A stretch of 64,000 bases of DNA, from the NCBI GenBank assembly GCA_012026655.1, contig JAAILG010000939.1, forward strand, positions 1 through 64,000, given 5' to 3'. How positions within the stretch are numbered: the first letter of the stretch is position 1; every line of letters starts with the position of its first letter. The notes under the pieces are model-generated. The model saw nothing but the letters and a program-made list of their open reading frames with translations, was not told the DNA's origin and made no database searches. Made by a program: the position numbers and the translations under genes. Shown in pieces: positions 62,003-64,000 of this stretch. The stretch is from Hydrolagus affinis. Its lineage: Eukaryota.

Positions 62003-62470
62003 AACAACAACAACAACAAAATTACACTTGTATAGCACCTTTCACACCCGGGGGACGTCCCAAGGTGCTGGACAGTCATTGTTTCAGACCCGAGCTGGGG
62101 ACAGGGAGGGTGGAGGGAAAGGGGTGGATTTGGAGAGACCAATGGGACTGTCGAAGAGGGTCTTGAGGCAGGAGTTGAAGGATGCCAGGAAGAGGGCGAG
62201 GCAGAGGGACTGTGGGATGGAGTTCCAGAGGTTGGGGGCAAAGTGCATAAAGGTTTGCCCACCAATGGTGAGACGCTTGGGTCGGGGGACATCTGCTGAG
62301 CAGAAGGGCTGAGCAGTTTGGTAGGAAGTCATGGATGTAGGGTGGGGCGAGGCCATGCAGGGCTTTGAATGTGAGGACCAGGATCTTGAATTGTATCCTC
62401 TGGATGATAGGGAGCCAACGGAGGGGGTGAGGATGGGGTGGATGGGGTCACGAAGCTTGAATGCAGAGTT
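62003..62470 (-). mobile_element. L2 LINE 3' end
   Basis: TIGG..F...[22 protein letters not shown]; (TTG)n tail. Confidence 0.9.
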
Positions 62471-62599
62471 TTATACATCCATACATGAGAAATTCTGAAA
62501 ATCAGAAAATAATATATTTTGGTATGAAACAAATTTTATTTTTCCAACCATTCCCTAAAATCTTGCAAAGAAAATCTTCATTTGTATATTTCGGTTTAA

Positions 62600-62912
62600 G
62601 GTGGCAAGTGGGGTAAAAAATAATAAAAATAAAAATTTTCATGTCAAAGTGTACTTTGAACTACTGTGTATATACTTTCATAAATAAACTGTTTTGATTG
62701 GTGAAACAAACTTATTTCCAAAGAAATATAGGGAATGTGACATATGAAATAAGCACTTCCGGTTTATTTTATTGTTGAATTCTTATTCTTTACCCTATAT
62801 TTCTTTGGAAATAAGTTTATTTCACCGATCAAAACAGTTTATTTCTGAAAGTATATAGTTCAAAGTACACTTTGACATGAAAAATTATTATTTTTTTACC
62901 CCACTTGCCACC
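62600..62912. mobile_element. Kolobok-type palindromic MITE (313 bp)
   Basis: TTAA|GGTGGCAAGTGGGGTAAAAAA ... TTTTTTACCCCACTTGCCACC|TTAA; ~120-135-bp arms, ~59-bp spacer; TTAA TSD with RR..YY termini. Confidence 0.85.
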
Positions 62913-63520
62913 TTAACCTTGGATTTTGTGTCTCTTACCATCAACCAAATAAAGCTTTTTTTTTAATGGTTGTACTTATACAAATACACTGCACTTGTTG
63001 TAAATAAAATGTTTATTCAGCTGCATTGTACACATTCATCTATAAAAATGAAAAACATTAGACATGGGTTTGTAACTTTCCTGATATATACTGTATATCA
63101 TTCATCTCCAGCAGCAGTGTTTGCTAAACAGAATATTGTACGTTGCATGAACAATGCCAGATACACTCTTATCTACTGCACTCAATAATGATTTGGGTTT
63201 CTACTGCTTTCATTACAGAAAAAATATAGAATCTGAAGGAAATGTGTGCCATTGCACATACGTTTTAATTGGAGGTGTGTTACCAATGAGGAGCTTCACT
63301 GCTTTATTTGAAACCACATAATTCAGTTCCTATTAAAAAGGAATATTAATAGGATAACAGGTGGAAGATTTATTTGACTTTTTAAAGAAAATAAATAAAT
63401 GCAGTTTAAAAAAATTTGAATATCTAAGCATTATCTTTCCACACATAGTAATGCTTTAAAAGCTTGCTTATAAACATACAGTAACATACTTTCAGATTTG
63501 AGGTCCATTATGTTTGGAGA

Positions 63521-63537
63521 CAGTGCCACCTAGAGAC
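63521..63537 (-). promoter_or_regulatory. Candidate CTCF-binding motif
   Basis: Minus strand GTCTCTAGGTGGCACTG, close to the core CCACTAGGTGGCAC. Confidence 0.35.
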
Positions 63538-63611
63538 ATAGTTGGTAATTAAAATCAAATACAGTAAACTCTTGATATCTCATCACTCCAAAGGAAAAGG
63601 GGCCAGTGATA

Positions 63612-63880
63612 AGCCTGCTTCATGCCCCCCATGTCACCCTCCCACCGTTGGCAGGCGGACCTTCAGCCATTCTGCCTTCATCCTCTGAAATTGCATCTTG
63701 CAATCCCTCCACCTCGCCCCATCCCTCACCTCCTTCAAGACCCACCTCAAGGCCCTCCACCAACCTCCTCGCCCAACCTGCCCTCCGCAATACTTACGTG
63801 TTCAGGTCCAGAATACTGTCTGTCCAGTTTAATGGGACACCCCCCTGATGTGAAAGACGCTATACAATTGTAATTTACTG
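63612..63880 (+). mobile_element. L2 3' end
   Basis: CCTCCCACCGTTGGC..CCTTCAAGACCCACCTCAAG..GGGACA..GTGAAAGACGCTATAC. Confidence 0.85.
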
Positions 63881-64000
63881 TAACTTTCTGCAAAGGCAAT
63901 TTTAAACAGTATGCATTGTTTAGAAAAAAGATGCCATCAACTGAGAACATTTGTATTTAAAACTTGTGATTAAATCATAAATCCTATTCATTAAGAATGC

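Overview
AT-rich vertebrate genomic DNA with no protein-coding gene that I can recognise; it looks intronic or intergenic. The repeat content points to a cartilaginous fish, probably a holocephalan (chimaera or elephant-shark-like); this is inferred from the repeats only. It includes many 5'-truncated L2 LINEs with (TTG)n tails, CR1 LINEs (one young ~2.1 kb copy spanning a 100-N gap), a tRNA-derived SINE with an L2-type tail, and older Deu-domain SINEs. DNA transposons include three intact-ended Tigger/pogo-like non-autonomous elements (TA TSD) and a near-palindromic TTAA-flanked Kolobok-type MITE. The protein-like ORFs I can recognise are LINE ORF2 fragments. Non-repeat signals worth follow-up: (i) a compact TATA(-30)/Inr/RFX X-box/paired FOX/GT-donor module at 27.6 kb resembling a promoter plus non-coding first exon; (ii) a pre-miRNA-shaped hairpin at 49.2 kb; (iii) a perfect 19-bp template-switch-type hairpin inside a SINE; (iv) a permuted inverted CR1 pair; (v) several repeat-free, motif-dense blocks resembling conserved non-coding enhancers. 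All family names come from recalled consensus features, not database searches, and most repeat boundaries are approximate.
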